A DNA stretch of 64,000 nt from Amoebidium appalachense (GCA_963693365.1 CAVNZM010000013.1:769817-833816); one strand, 5' to 3'. Positions 13,242 to 49,520 are shown, counted from the stretch's first letter. A program made the numbers and translations. Notes: generated by a model not told the origin, from the letters alone.

Positions 13242-14938
13242 TTACCAGACAGTCCCGCGCTCGGTATACACCGCAGCACCATGCTCGCCGAACCAACTCC
13301 TGTGACCTGGAGCCAATGGAATAACATCAGCACTCTTTGCAATAATATCCGCCCCGTCAACAACCATCGGTTGGGCCTCCCACTGCCGGGTCGGGTCAGC
13401 ATACTCCGACCCGTGACCCGCATACATGTACCCGGCCCAGCTACTCCTTCGACGAATCGTCTCCTCATACGCACTCTGCGTCTGAGCAGCCGCCGCGGCA
13501 TCAGCGGTAGCCCACACACCCGACCCCGGGGTAGCCGCGGGGCCGGCATACGTCACCGGCCGTCCGTAATAAATAGTGGCCTCTGTCCCCTGCTTGCTCG
13601 CGTCTGTTTGCATTGCATTAGCGGCCCACCTTTCCCTCTGTTGCTCAGAAACGGCCTGTGCCTGTGTGGCTGTCACGGCGTTAACGAGACCCTGCGACCG
13701 AGTGAGTTGATTGGCCGGGGAGATGCGTTGGAATGTGCTGCCAGCGACGGCTGCGTCGAAGGGGTAACCCTCAATCTGGGCCATGTTGACGGATGTGTCT
13801 GACTGCACAGAGAGCCGCTTTTGGAGTTTCGTCTGGTGGGCTGCGGTGTCTTTGTCGGTGCTCAAAACAGGAAGGCTATTGGCTGCGGTAAGCGCATCGT
13901 TGTCCAAAGAATGACGGCGACGGGGAAGATCCTCGGTCGCTTCCGGAATAACGGGGCTAACTGATTGGCCGAGAAGCGGATACTGAAATGCCTGCATGTC
14001 GTATGTGGTGCTGTACGCAGCTTTTGATTGGAGGAGGTTTGGGCTGGTCGCGGATGCGATTCCCGCGGCGGGACCCGGCGTGAAAAACGGCGAAAGGCGG
14101 GACATGAGGTAAAGTCTTTGGGTTGCCTCCATCTCGGCGATACGTTTTTTTAAGTCTACGATGTCTTGCTTCATTGACCTGTAAAGAAAAATGCAATGTT
14201 AGCTTAGTGTAAGACGACACTAAAACAAATGCACACACAAACATAGTTACCTCGTGTGAGAGCATGCACTCTAAGATTTGGGCTTACGACGACATAGACT
14301 TGCTCCATTCGTTTAAAGATGCATTCCAAACATGTGCAGCTTTCCTTAAAGCACACATCCATGTACCCACCTATTTTGCAGCTCCAGCCTCTGGTTATCA
14401 TCCTTCAGTCGTGACCTCTCTGCCTCCTCCGTCGAGCGTTTTGCTTTAATGCGCTCGCGGTATACTCGCTGCTTCTGCGCCCGGCTGCAAAGAGAAAGAA
14501 CAATTATTAGATATGGTAAAGACACATCACTTAATTTCTTCTACACATATGTGTGACACTGTTTTGAGTCCTGCTAAGTCAACCCGCATTTGGGTGGGTC
14601 AGAGGAACTTGCCAGTGAATTAATCCAAATGAATCCAGGGGACGTAATCCGAGGTAGTAAGGCGGAGTTTAAAACGAGGGAAAACTCTCACAAAAAAGGG
14701 AAACTTTGAAAAGGAAAACTCACCGGCTCCTGTGTGCAGACTTTGGGTCGCTCGAATTATTATATTCCCCTAGCACGCGAGGGGGAGAGAGGGTCCCCGC
14801 CTCGTTGGAGGAAGCGTCCGGCGAGTGGTCATTTCGCCCAACACTGCCGGTGTCTGACTCCCCCCCGCAGTCGGGGATGTGCGCGTGCTTGAGTGTGGCT
14901 GTGTCTAGCTCGAACCCGTGCGCGTACAGGGACGCCAT
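13242..14938 (-). CDS. bZIP-like transcription factor, 3 exons, ~421 aa
   Basis: Exons 14938-14724, 14484-14371 and 14178-13242 have GT-AG introns and consistent phase (1266 nt). The spliced product has a basic region HRSRRAQKQRVYRERIKAKR followed by heptads L(KDDNQR)L(ELQNRS)M(KQDIVD)L(KKRIAE)M, then an A/Q/S-rich C-terminus. Confidence 0.85.
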
Positions 14939-15239
14939 GTTATACGTCTGCCTCACACAAAAGTGTTGTCTTCGTGTTGGAGCTGAAGCCTGTGTGGCCA
15001 AAACGAGAAACGGAGATTTCCCGTTCCCTGATACTGAAGTGGGGATCGAAGGAGGGGAACGATGGGATTCGAGAGCAAACGTTGTGTTCACTTACAAACT
15101 CCCAAGGATAATGGACATAAGCCTCTTAGATAAAGCAAACGTGGAACAGCAGCGAAGACGCCTCGCTGCTTCTTGAAACAAAAACGAAGGCGGGACTAAT
15201 GAGCACACGTAGTTTTTTTTGCATGCTTTATACGCCCAC

Positions 15240-15311
15240 CCGCGTGAGTTATTATCAACTCCGTGTCAATGCATGGCTCTCCGCGCGAGTTCATTATCAA
15301 CTCCGTGTCAA
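15240..15311. promoter_or_regulatory. Duplicated ~30-bp motif upstream of the bZIP gene
   Basis: cgcgtgagtt-attatcaactccgtgtcaa and cgcgcgagttcattatcaactccgtgtcaa lie about 300 bp upstream of the ATG. A regulatory role is inferred from position only. Confidence 0.4.
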
Positions 15312-17959
15312 CGCCGCGCTGACAGGGTATGAAATTTTTCTTGTCCCAGAACCGGCCCATCCTGGATGGCTCGTAAAGCCTAGCTATAAGACCACCAAAT
15401 ACTATTTTCAGGAATGAATTCAGTATTTTTTATTGATTTGACCCTACTAGGGCCACTGTTTGAAAATTTGAAGCATAGAACTTTTAGAAGTCAAGGGCAG
15501 CTTGAGGGCACTTAGGGACAACTCTGTCGCCATAATTGCACACCCTGGGCAGCGTTGGTCATGTGCGCGCGCTTGTAGCTACGCAATTGCGTGACATTTG
15601 AGGTATGCAAAAGATAGATACTCAAAATGAAGTATGCGACTTCTTATGAGAATGCTCTTATTTGAAAACAAGATGATAAATCACCTCGCCTTATATTTGA
15701 CTCCCTTTCCTCCAATATTTCTTTTTCTCATATAAAGCCTTTTTCCACCGCAACCGGGCCTCCCCCGCGCTCCCCAATACAATATTGGTGCCCCTTCCTA
15801 TGCCAAAGGCATACTGAACACACGGACATGCATACGATCAGCATTCCGGATCCCACACAAATTTGTTTGCCATTCCCACATGTGAAAAAACGCAAAGGAG
15901 ACTCGTTTCTTCAAGAAGTGCACATGAATACACGAGACGTTTCACGCTCAAGAACGCTCCATGCGCCCGCCGTGGTGCAAAATCGAACTTGTGTATGTTT
16001 ACAGCGGAGGAAGCAACCGGGTCGGTCAGAAAGAGAAAAAAAGAGGAGGTTTGGAGGGGAGAAGGGGGGAGGCTGGGGATGAGGGGGGAAGAGGTATCGA
16101 CATCATGTAGAGGGGTTTTTTGTGTGGATGTGTGACTTTGGTAATGGAAAAAGCACTTGCCAGAAACTTTGGGGGCTACGGCCGCCATATTGGCCCATAA
16201 AAGGCCAGTCGTCGATTCCGAATATAATAGTAAAAAGTTGATATTTGATAGAGGGCCTCTTGTATTCTTTTTGTCAACTCTGGCAGATTGCAAAGTCTGC
16301 AGACTCTGCAGGCCCGGAGCTCTGGCATGTGGCGCCACACCACATTGTAGTACCGACGGCTATCATCTTACAATAATGAGCCGTGCCTCTATCTAATAAT
16401 AAAAGTGATTAAATATCGTGCGCTCAATTAGATCTTTTTGTTGGTTTGGCTACTATTTTACCCTTTGTGACACAGTTTTCTTCTTCTCCTTCTCAAATGT
16501 GATATTTGTGAATGCACATACATATGGCCACGTGGGCAGGTGATGTTTGGAAGGCCCGTCGAAGCCTGGGAAAAATAATGGAAAGGAATTCGGCGCCAAC
16601 CAATCGAATTTCTTCCGGAAAGCACGAAAGCCAGTGGCCACTGGCTCAGTGAAAGCCACGGTAAAAGGTTTACTTTTATCGGCTTTCCCCATTATTCTGT
16701 GAAAGAAAAAAAAGCTTCCCACGCATTATACCAAAGTGTTTATGATCCAATATCTGCTTGGTTAAAGGCAAAAAAAATTCGAATATTCAACTTGATTTTC
16801 CCATCTTGCCCACGGGCCGTTTTCTCGGCCGTTGCCGTGTGCGTGCACCTCAAAAAGTCTGAAGTTGCAAAACCGTTTGTGATACCGTACACTGATCCCA
16901 TGGCAGTTTGATGTCCTGTCATTGCATAGGGGGGAAAAAATGCTATGATAATAAACAGCAGTCGATTATAAAGGAATGTATGCCTGTCCCATCAATTTCC
17001 TATGGGCAAAAGAAAGCCATCCGTATCGCATTAATTCTCATCGTCATATTTTGATACCTATGGCAAGTTTGCCAATGAGATGTTAGCGCATAGATGATTG
17101 GTTGTTCACACACGAGCCTGGGAATCTTACCTGCTCGTTGATCTTCCATGAGACAGAGAGGGATCTCAGAGAGGGAGGGAGGAGGCATCCAATAGTAAGT
17201 ATACACGTGTGCAATACATAAGGCGAGAGTGCAAGCACAGGGTTATTTTGTTCGAAATAACGCATGGAATTGCAAACGACATGAACCTGTTTTATAGCCG
17301 TGTTACATGCTATAGCTCTATGTCGCCAGTGCCACAGTGCCACAGTGCCACATTTACAATCAGCTGTGCTACTGATCAATAAATCTGACTCACTGTGCGG
17401 CCATATGTGCATAGTGCGGGCCTGTAGAAACAAGACAATGGTTGCCAAAGCACGGCCTTCGAATTAGGGACTTGAGCTAACGGCGTACTGACGTGTCGCC
17501 GCACGTGCGACGTTATACATCTAGTTGTGGCGGTCCCTTTTTGCAAAAGGAGACACCGCCTCAGTAGGTGGTAGGAAGGCTTGAGATGTTAGTAAAATGT
17601 TGACTTCCGGCAAGCACCAGCAACATAGTTCCAAGGTTGTTATATACTGAGATCTCAAAGGCCACGGCACCAAGTTCTATTTTATAGCAGGGGGCCACGT
17701 GGTGTCTCACCGGGGGCCCCGTGTGCACGTACGGTAAGTGCACGGCCCTGGGAAAAAAATTACTGGATAAAACCTTTCCCAGCGGATGATGCATTTCGGC
17801 AAACGAACCCCTTAAATGTATATACTATGCTCAAGCACTATTATTATTGTGTCAAATAAAATAGGCCTTCTGGGCATGTTCACACGGTGTTCACGCTTCT
17901 TGGCTTCGTGCGCCGGCGCGCAGTTACTGCCCGCTATCTGATGCCTGACGCAACCTTGC

Positions 17960-18040
17960 TGATTGGTTCGGGACAAAAACTTTATCACCATCTGATTGGT
18001 TGGGCCAAGAATGCGCGGACCTTGTGATTCCGATTGGTTT
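17960..18040. promoter_or_regulatory. Cluster of three CCAAT boxes (gATTGGtt)
   Basis: ATTGG at 17962, 17995 and 18033, each in a GATTGGTT context, within a CpG-rich and microsatellite-free stretch. Confidence 0.4.
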
Positions 18041-18877
18041 AGATCCCGATTCCCGGCCCTCGGCGCAACCCGGCAAGGCTTCAAGCCTGACCCGAGGCTC
18101 ATGAGCCACAGTGGTTGGTTTTACTATGCAAAGCTTTAGCATTATCTTTAGCATATATGTGTCTTTCACTTTCCTCTTGTTCATTAGGAATAACATAGTG
18201 TGTGTGTGCTCATGAATCAGTATGCAGTGCACTAATAAACACGTGGTGAAAGTACGAATTCAGTGATATGACCAATTTGCTATTAGAGTATGAAGATTCC
18301 CAGCCTTGGCTTTATTATTCCAGGGACCTCGGCGAGCATCATCAATATTTCCGGGGGAGGAAGTTCCACATGATCAGTTTTGGCCTTCATATATCGGCCT
18401 AATCATTCAAAGTGAGAATTAATTAACTATTGTACTGGACTAATAGTGCACCAGCTGAGTTTTGCAGCTCATGCAGCCACTGTAACAATGTAGCTCTAGA
18501 CTACACTACATATGCCTTGGCAAGCAAAAAGAACAACAACTTCGTAACTCCGACCCAGGCCGGAGTTACGGAGGGTTTTACATGGGTTTTACACACTATT
18601 AATGATTGCGTGGACACTGCACATTCGACGGCCTACTGCGTTTTCCAGCGCAGCCAATCAAATGCAGTCAGTGACAGATGTACATGCTAGGCAACAATGA
18701 GCACCATCGTAGTAGATGGAGTTACGGACCTTGGCACTGAAGCCAGGATTGCAAACTTTCTGGGCCGTGCAACCATAAAGCAACCATAAATAGCCCGTAG
18801 TCTTGTTTTGCATGCATGGAACAACTTCCGTGCACGTGCACTGCCGTCGACGTCGGACTCCTGTGAACGGAGATTAT

Positions 18878-18921
<44 letters not shown>

Positions 18922-19193
18922 ACACCACCACCACCACCCCCCTTATCACTGCTAACAGCACACTGTGCTATCTACGTCACACAACGTCACAAACACACAC
19001 AATGTCACACACACACGGACAATGCCACACACACACGTGCACGTGCACACACACATGTACACATACATACACACACACACACACGTACATACACACACAC
19101 ACACACACACACGTACATAAACACACCTGCACACCGGTGAAACATACACAAATTTACACAAACAAAATGCCACACATACACACAGGGAGAGAG

Positions 19194-19269
<76 letters not shown>

Positions 19270-19409
19270 AGGGAGGGAGGGAGGGAGGGAGGGAGGAAGG
19301 GAGGGAGCTCTAGAGAGGGAGGGAGGGAGGGAGGGAGAGAGAGAGGGGGAGAGAGACAGAGAGCTGCCACGTGCGACTGTGGCCTCAGCCACTGTATGAC
19401 TAAACTTAC

Positions 19410-19508
19410 TCTATTTTTCTTGCAAGGGTATGTTGGCACGAGATCAGTCGGCCGCACATCGACTTGATGTTTAGCCGCCTTGAAAAATAAGAGCTACCTC
19501 TAAAGGTA
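19410..19508 (-). repeat. Inverted copy of the 11897-11985 element
   Basis: 23-bp perfect inverted match plus diverged internal similarity. Confidence 0.75.
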
Positions 19509-19599
19509 GCGGGGGGGGGGGGGGGGGGGGGGGAGGGAGGAGAGAGAGAGTGAGTGGTGGTGGTGGCGGTGTTGGTGGTGGTGGCGGTGGGTGGGTGGG

Positions 19600-19643
<44 letters not shown>

Positions 19644-19716
19644 GAGGAGAGAGAGAGTGAGTGGTGGTGGTGGCGGTGTTGGTGGTGTTGGTGGTGGTGG
19701 CGGTGGGTGGGTGGGT

Positions 19717-19747
<31 letters not shown>

Positions 19748-20037
19748 GGGGGGGAGGGGGGGAGGGGGAAGGGGGAAGGGGGGGCCAGGTGGGTATATCA
19801 GGACCGTCAGGTCCTGAAAGTTAGGAACACTTTACCGGTTTAGATGACCCACCGACACGAGTCTGAACTACAAGCAGTTTTGAACAACAAACGCGATCTA
19901 GTCACACAGTGAACTATGGTTACGTTTAGAACGACTTTCTGTCAGAACGTTAACGAGCCAACAATGTATGCATGTGTCTATGAGGGTATAAGTGTAGCAA
20001 CCTCAGGCATATTGTGAGAGGCCCTACAGCAAGATAC

Positions 20038-20096
<59 letters not shown>

Positions 20097-20764
20097 CGTC
20101 GTGCGTGCACGTGCATGATGCGCGCGCGTATGCATGATTATGTATGTGCACACCCTCCTGTCCTATTTCGCTACCACAATTGGTCGGGTGATGTAATGAA
20201 TTGTGCATTCTTTCCAGATTAAACAAGGCCCCTGAAGTTAAAGAACACCAGCTCATTAGCACCATTACTGAAAATTAGTGTACAGGTGTCAAATATACTT
20301 ACACATAGGATTATCAAGCGGGATTTAGGGCAGTACCATACACAACCCATCAACACCACCGATCAACCGCATTACATGCTTCCCAATTTTCCAATTCATA
20401 CCAGCATCTTACGGAAGCTTTACCACTATAAAAAGGCTGGGCTAGCAAATTATGCCTAGCAAATTATACTGCCGAAAATCGTGATCATCAACTTCTACAA
20501 TCTATCAAACATGAAACCCCCCCCCCCTCTCTCCGATCCTCCCCCCTCCCCCCCCCTTCTTCCTCCCCCAGGTGTCTCCTCACCCTTACTGTCCACTGGT
20601 ACCAAACTGAACCAGGAGAAAGGAGAGGGGGAGAGGGGGGGGGGGGGGAGAGGGGGGAGGGGGAGGGGAGGGGAAAAAGGGGGGGGGGGGGGGTGTGGTA
20701 AGAGAGAGAGGGGGGGGGGGGAGGGGGAGGGGGGGGGAGGAGGAGGGAGGGTTCATAGGTGAAA

Positions 20765-43575
<22,811 letters not shown>

Positions 43576-45713
43576 GGTGGATACGTATGAGGTTTCGGTC
43601 GGGAGCCGAATCCATGGAGCAGAAATCCTGGAAAATATCTATCTATATGACGATCGATATCGATGTTGTAGGTAGTTTGAGCTTCTACCGTAACATTATG
43701 TCGACCAGTTATGAAGATTGGCTATGGATAAAAGGTAGAACCATCATGCGCAGGCTTCCACTCTATTTTTTGCCATTAGGGCTGGTAGCTCATTTGTAAT
43801 AAAATATCATGGTGCACTCAAGTGAGCCGTCTCACACATTTGCTTGTGATCATCATATGCACTTGTCACCTAGTTCATGAACCACAATTCTCACCCACAA
43901 CAATTGCTGTTTCTTCGAATGGAGTCTTAGACCATTAGATGTGCTAGGCTTTCTTGATCTTATAGTTGTCAGGTTGTGATTTCCACTCGTGTTGTGCATT
44001 CCAGTGATGATCTTCACACATTTTCCATGCCTGATCTTCACACAGTTCCATGCTTGATATTTGTACAGCTCTGGTCACAAAACGGTGCCCATGCCGGGCC
44101 AGATCTGAGGGAGGGGGGATCAAAAACAATTCGAAATGATTGGCAGCCATTGGCTAGAACGGAGTCCTTTTGATTGGCTTTGCAGTCTTCGGATCTCGGG
44201 TGTTTCCAAATTTGGGCAACAGGTTATTTAGGGATCTGTTGGTTGACTCAATGGCATTATGGCAGTTCGGAAGTGAGCTGGGTTGAAGGCTTTGAAGCTA
44301 GGGTAACCGCAGGTGTCACACTCATCTGTCTGTCAGGCAGAGCAACCAAGAGTGCGCCCAGATGTTGTGCACTTGTAGATGACCGTGACAGGAAACAAGA
44401 GACGTCAACCGCACACGTGTGTGCCACAATGCATTCGCCATCTGCCTATCTTTTTGCACACCTGTTACTGTGAAACACGGCACATCATCGGCCTTATTAT
44501 ATAGGCACCCGGCAACATGTAAGACACCCACTGGCTACTATCATGACATGCATTCTTTCTTTGGCACTAGCACTCAGTCTGTCAGATATATTCCGCCGAC
44601 CAGCACGCAATAAACCGCTCGAGGGAGGGCCCGCACACTACAGGACCCTAGCAGATCTAGATCCCCTAGCCTGTTATGTACGACAACGTGGGGATTTCAT
44701 AATATGCAATGCACTGAGCGAGCTCGATCATCGAGAGGAACCCGAACCTCCCCAACAAGACACCTGAATCCGGGACGACCCGAAAACGGCGTTCGAACGG
44801 CCAAGGCTTTATTATATCACACCAAAATACCGTGACGATCACCCTCACGAGGGACACCGAGGCTACAGTGTATTTTGAAAACAAGAAACCAGTCGGGCCT
44901 GGGTGCGGATTTAGGCCGCTTCAGGCCAACGTGTAGTGGTGACTTCTTTTTCAAATTTCCGCCTTTGCAGTAATCTACTTGCATGTACAGATTTGGGTGC
45001 AGCTCATGTACATATGTATTCGGGTAACGTCGGTCTTCATTGAGGCAGGACCTGGTGCATGCATGCGTGCACGTACATACACACCGTTTGCATTTCCCAA
45101 CCTAAATAAATAGTAGACTGGTAAGGCTTCCGGCGACCTCGAGGATTCTGGTGTGAACATTCTCGCAATTGCGCTCTGAGTAACGTAGTGGTATTCATTT
45201 TTGAAGTTTCTGTGTTGCAGGTGCATATATCCATTATCACACTTAGTCTACCTTAGATTTATCATCCTTGCTTATAATTATCTCAATCTAGTTCAATTGG
45301 ATCACCAGACACTGAAAATGTTTCCGGCATTTGCCCTCGGTGGTAACTGGGGTATCATTGATGCCTTGGTGTATCTCTTCTTGGAACTGTTCTGTACGGA
45401 CACGTCGGTACATCCACGTGCACCCACTCCTGCTATCCAACAATCCTCTCATAGTTCCTACATTGCTTCTTATCCCGTTTTTCAGGGCTCACGCGCTCAC
45501 TTATCTAGCAGGAAAGGGGGCTAGCGCTAATTAATTTGACGCGCTACGACATGTGCAGTGGCTGTTTTGTATCATAGCAATCATCAGAATTTTAGCCTAA
45601 ATGTACCCGAGCAGAGCTGTACAAGAGCCTCCTTCAATACATGAGCGCCGCACCTCCTCGATGGAGTCCTCAGTCACGCATAACAATTGCAATATGAAGG
45701 GCCCAACACATGG

Positions 45714-45970
45714 GCAGAATAAACTTGCTCCGGGCAGGATTATTCTGCAAAACGCAGAGTCATTCAGAAAGTCATAGAGCAGAAATATTCTGCTTCATAT
45801 CACGGTTCACATGTACATACTGAGAATCACCCTGCAACTTTAGCAGAAAATAAACTTGCTCCAAGCAGAATAATTCTGCCGTTTGCAGAATAATTCTGCT
45901 TTTTAGACTAGCATTGAATACTAAGAGCAGATTTGTTCTGCACAAGCAGATTTAACCAAAACAATTCTGC
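45714..45970. repeat. Array of 15-bp palindromes (GCAGAAnnnTTCTGC)
   Basis: Copies at 45734, 45779, 45865, 45885 and 45927, plus half-sites and a repeated aataaacttgctcc. Confidence 0.85.
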
Positions 45971-46253
45971 TTTCGTCAGGATACTTCGGCTTTTTCGGCC
46001 GGAGGGCCATCGCCGCGAAGTTCCATGGTTCCAGCTACCTTAATCAATATTGCAGTGTTGTTAGGGCTCGAAGCTCTCCATCTCCAATATGACCATATTG
46101 CTATTGCATGTTTTGTATCATTTCGTAGATAGATGCCAACTGTTTCACAAGATGGTGTTTGGCGCTAAGATTGAATTGCAGTGCTTGCTTCTTGCAAACA
46201 TCACATCTCTCTCTCTCTCTCTCTCTCTCACTCCCTCTCTCTCTCTCTCTCCC

Positions 46254-46296
<43 letters not shown>

Positions 46297-46510
46297 CCCC
46301 CACCCCCCACCCCAATCCCCCCCCCCCCCCCCTCTCTCTCTCAGTCTCCCTCTCTCTCTCTCTCTCTCGCTCTCTGTCCCTCGCTCTCACTCTCTCGCTC
46401 TCTCTCTCTCTCTCCCTCCCTCTCTCACACACACTCTCTCTCTCCCTCTCCCTCTCCCTCTCCCTCTCCCTCTCTCCCTCTCTCCCTCTCCCTCCCTCTT
46501 TCCCTCTCTC

Positions 46511-46657
<147 letters not shown>

Positions 46658-46714
46658 GTCTCTCTCTGTCCCCCCCTAGTCCCCCTCCCCCCTCCCCCTA
46701 CCCCCCCCCCCCCC

Positions 46715-46749
<35 letters not shown>

Positions 46750-48756
46750 CTAAAAAGGCCGCTTGGAAAGACAGAAAGAAAGAAACCTTGAGAACGAATA
46801 AAAAGCGAGGGGGGGGGGGGGGGGGGGGGGCAGATCTGTACGCACATTATTATGTGTGTGTGTGTGTGTGTGGTGGTGTTGGTGGGGGGGGGGGGGGGGG
46901 GGGGGGGGGGGAGGATGGGGGGAGGGGGGGGGGGGGGGGGGGGGGGGTCACAAGGCTTGCTATCTGCACACACGTGCACATGCTGTAACGTACACAAACC
47001 TCTCTGAAGCAGAACAAAAAGACCCGAATTTATGCTTGGAGGTTTATATTAATTGTGCAATATGGATGCTGGGGTTTCTATACCGCTGTGTGCAGAAAAT
47101 TATTCAATTTAGATGCACGGGCCGCTGCATGACACAAGTGTATGCACACACCATCTGGCACACCGGTCTGCCGCGCAGTTGCAACACACCATACATGGCA
47201 TTCAAGTGCACATGTGTGGGAGTGGACACATGGAATCTCTCCGTAATAGCAAAAACATGGGAGCTTGTCCGCCTCTGAGCGCCAACCCAATGACGGCTGC
47301 ATGGAATATACATCAACTCGAAATCCACAAATTGATGTGCCTGTTCATGCATAATTGTTTTGGATTTGGGTGCTGCGAGCACCAGACGTGTCTGGCTTTA
47401 TAAACAGTTCAAGCTGCCTTCTTTTCTTTCCTTTGTCGTCTCTCTCTCTCTCTCTCCCCCCCCCCCCCCCCCCCCCCCCATTTTTGTTTTCCAAAAGTTT
47501 ACCACGAGCGTGCAAAGGGGTTTGTCTGTTTTTTTTTTTGTGTGTGTGTGTGTGTGTGTGTGACGGTGCGCGCACGGGCATGCACGTGTGTGACACTGTG
47601 TGTGTGCACGTGTGTGTGTGTGTGTGTGTGCGCGCGCACGTGTGTGCATGTGCGTGTGCATGTGCGTGTGTGTGTGTGCGCGCACGCGCGTGTGTGTAGG
47701 TTTTGGGGGGATAGGGCCCCCCCCCCTGGGGGGGGGGGGGGGAGGAGGGGGGAGGGGGGAGGGGGGAGAAAGGGGAAGGATAACAAAGGAGGCTGACTCT
47801 CGCAATTGGCGCGGGGGGGGGGGGGGGGGGGAAGGAGGGGGGGGGGGAAGGGGGGGGGGAAGGGGGGGGGGGGGGGGGGGGAGTCTGACTCTCGCACTCA
47901 CAATTTGCCAATAAAATGGCGTTTGCCCTTGAAGTATACTTACCGTACGTAAAACAACACACATTTTGGCTTTCGTATTAGTATTACTGCATGCTCATCA
48001 CTTGCATGTTGGTACCTATGACACGTGGTTTACAGCCACAGAGTCGGATTCCGCAGATTTGGTTGTCATGGATTTTTTATCCCTTCTTCCCCCCCCCCCC
48101 CCCCCCCCCCCCCCCCATCACCACCATCACCCATCCACCCACCCACCCCCACCCGCCTTCCCCAGGGCTTGTTTATTCCACTTTTCTTCTTTGAAGTGAA
48201 TTCCTTTTTTTTTAAAGAAGGGCTCTTCCTTCTGTATAAAACTCTGTGCCAGACGGTTTCGTCCCAAGGGAAACATGCAACTCTTTGGGATGACCTAGTA
48301 TTAGTGTAGAATTGCGAATGGGCCAATGAGGGATCCGGAAGGGAATGAAAGTGGGGCCCGAGATCGGACATCCGGGAGCACTGGGGAGCTGGGGGGTGGG
48401 GAAGGCCGCAGCGGGGGCGGATACGAAGGTGTGATATACGAAGGGGTGTTCAGGGGCCAGACGAATGTCATTGAAAGACTAAAGCCATAAGCTTAAGGGG
48501 TCAGGGGCCAGGTAGGAGAGGCGCTGAACGATGGGCAGGTAGGCGGGAGCTGATGGATATGTTCGGCCGCGGTGCAGTACCAAATATGTTACTGTAACAG
48601 CATGCCATCGGACATCGGTACAGAATAAATTCATAGTAACTGTACATGTTCAAATATTTAAGTTTTCTGAATCGTGGGCGGGTTGTGGGGCGGAATCCGA
48701 TATGGGGGCCTCCTGATGAAGGGGTGGAGGACATGTGCGCATTAGTTTAAGGGAGT

Positions 48757-48799
<43 letters not shown>

Positions 48800-49520
48800 C
48801 ACCGTGACGATGTGTATGTGGAGTGTGGGGTGGGGGGGGAGCTCGGAGAATATGGGCCGGGGAGGGAGGCCCCGGGGGGGGGGGGGGGGGGGGGGGAAGG
48901 GGGTGGGTGGGAGAGAGAGAGAGTGTGTGTGTGTGCTGGAGGGGCCCCGGGAGAGAGGGGGGGGGGGGGGGGGGGCGGCCCCGGGGCCGGGGGGGGGGGG
49001 GGGGGGGGGTCACAGGCCTCACAGTGGGGGAGGGGGGGCACGGGGGGAGGAGGCCGGGGGGAGGGGTTAAGGTTCTGGGGGGTCTTTTGATCATGCTCGT
49101 ACCTAGATGAAATTTAAGCTTACAGCGGGGGCTCCTTCGCTTCCCCCCCCCCCCCCCCCCCCCCCCCCCCTGCCCCCTTCCTTTCACCCCACCCTCACAC
49201 TCCTATAGTACCCCCGAGTCGTTCATGGCCTGGGATAACCGCAGCTACATATGGATCACACGACCCTTGCACATCCACTGAAGTTATTTCATATCGCTGT
49301 TTAAGACTGGGTGGGGTAGGGGAAGGTGTGTGCGTGTGTGTGTGTGCGTGTTGGGGGGGGGAGGGGGGGCTGCGTTGGCGGTGGAAAAGAAAGAGTCTCA
49401 GAAAGTGATGATAAAATTATTTGGATAAGGAAAGCTAGAAGGGGGAGGGAAAGAGGAAAATTCAAAAGGTGGTGGTTGGTGGGACTCGGGGGAAGAGAGG
49501 GGGGGGGGGGGGGGGGGGGT

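Noticed and set aside
12864-13802. 312-aa plus-strand ORF
   Set aside because: It is the antisense shadow of bZIP exon 3 and its 3' UTR, has a non-ATG start and shows no motifs.
14939-15091. N-terminal extension of the bZIP ORF from GTG at 15091, and of CDC50 from GTG at 54832
   Set aside because: Both are non-ATG starts from the ORF caller. The first in-frame ATGs (14938 and 54799) have a purine at -3 and give plausible proteins.
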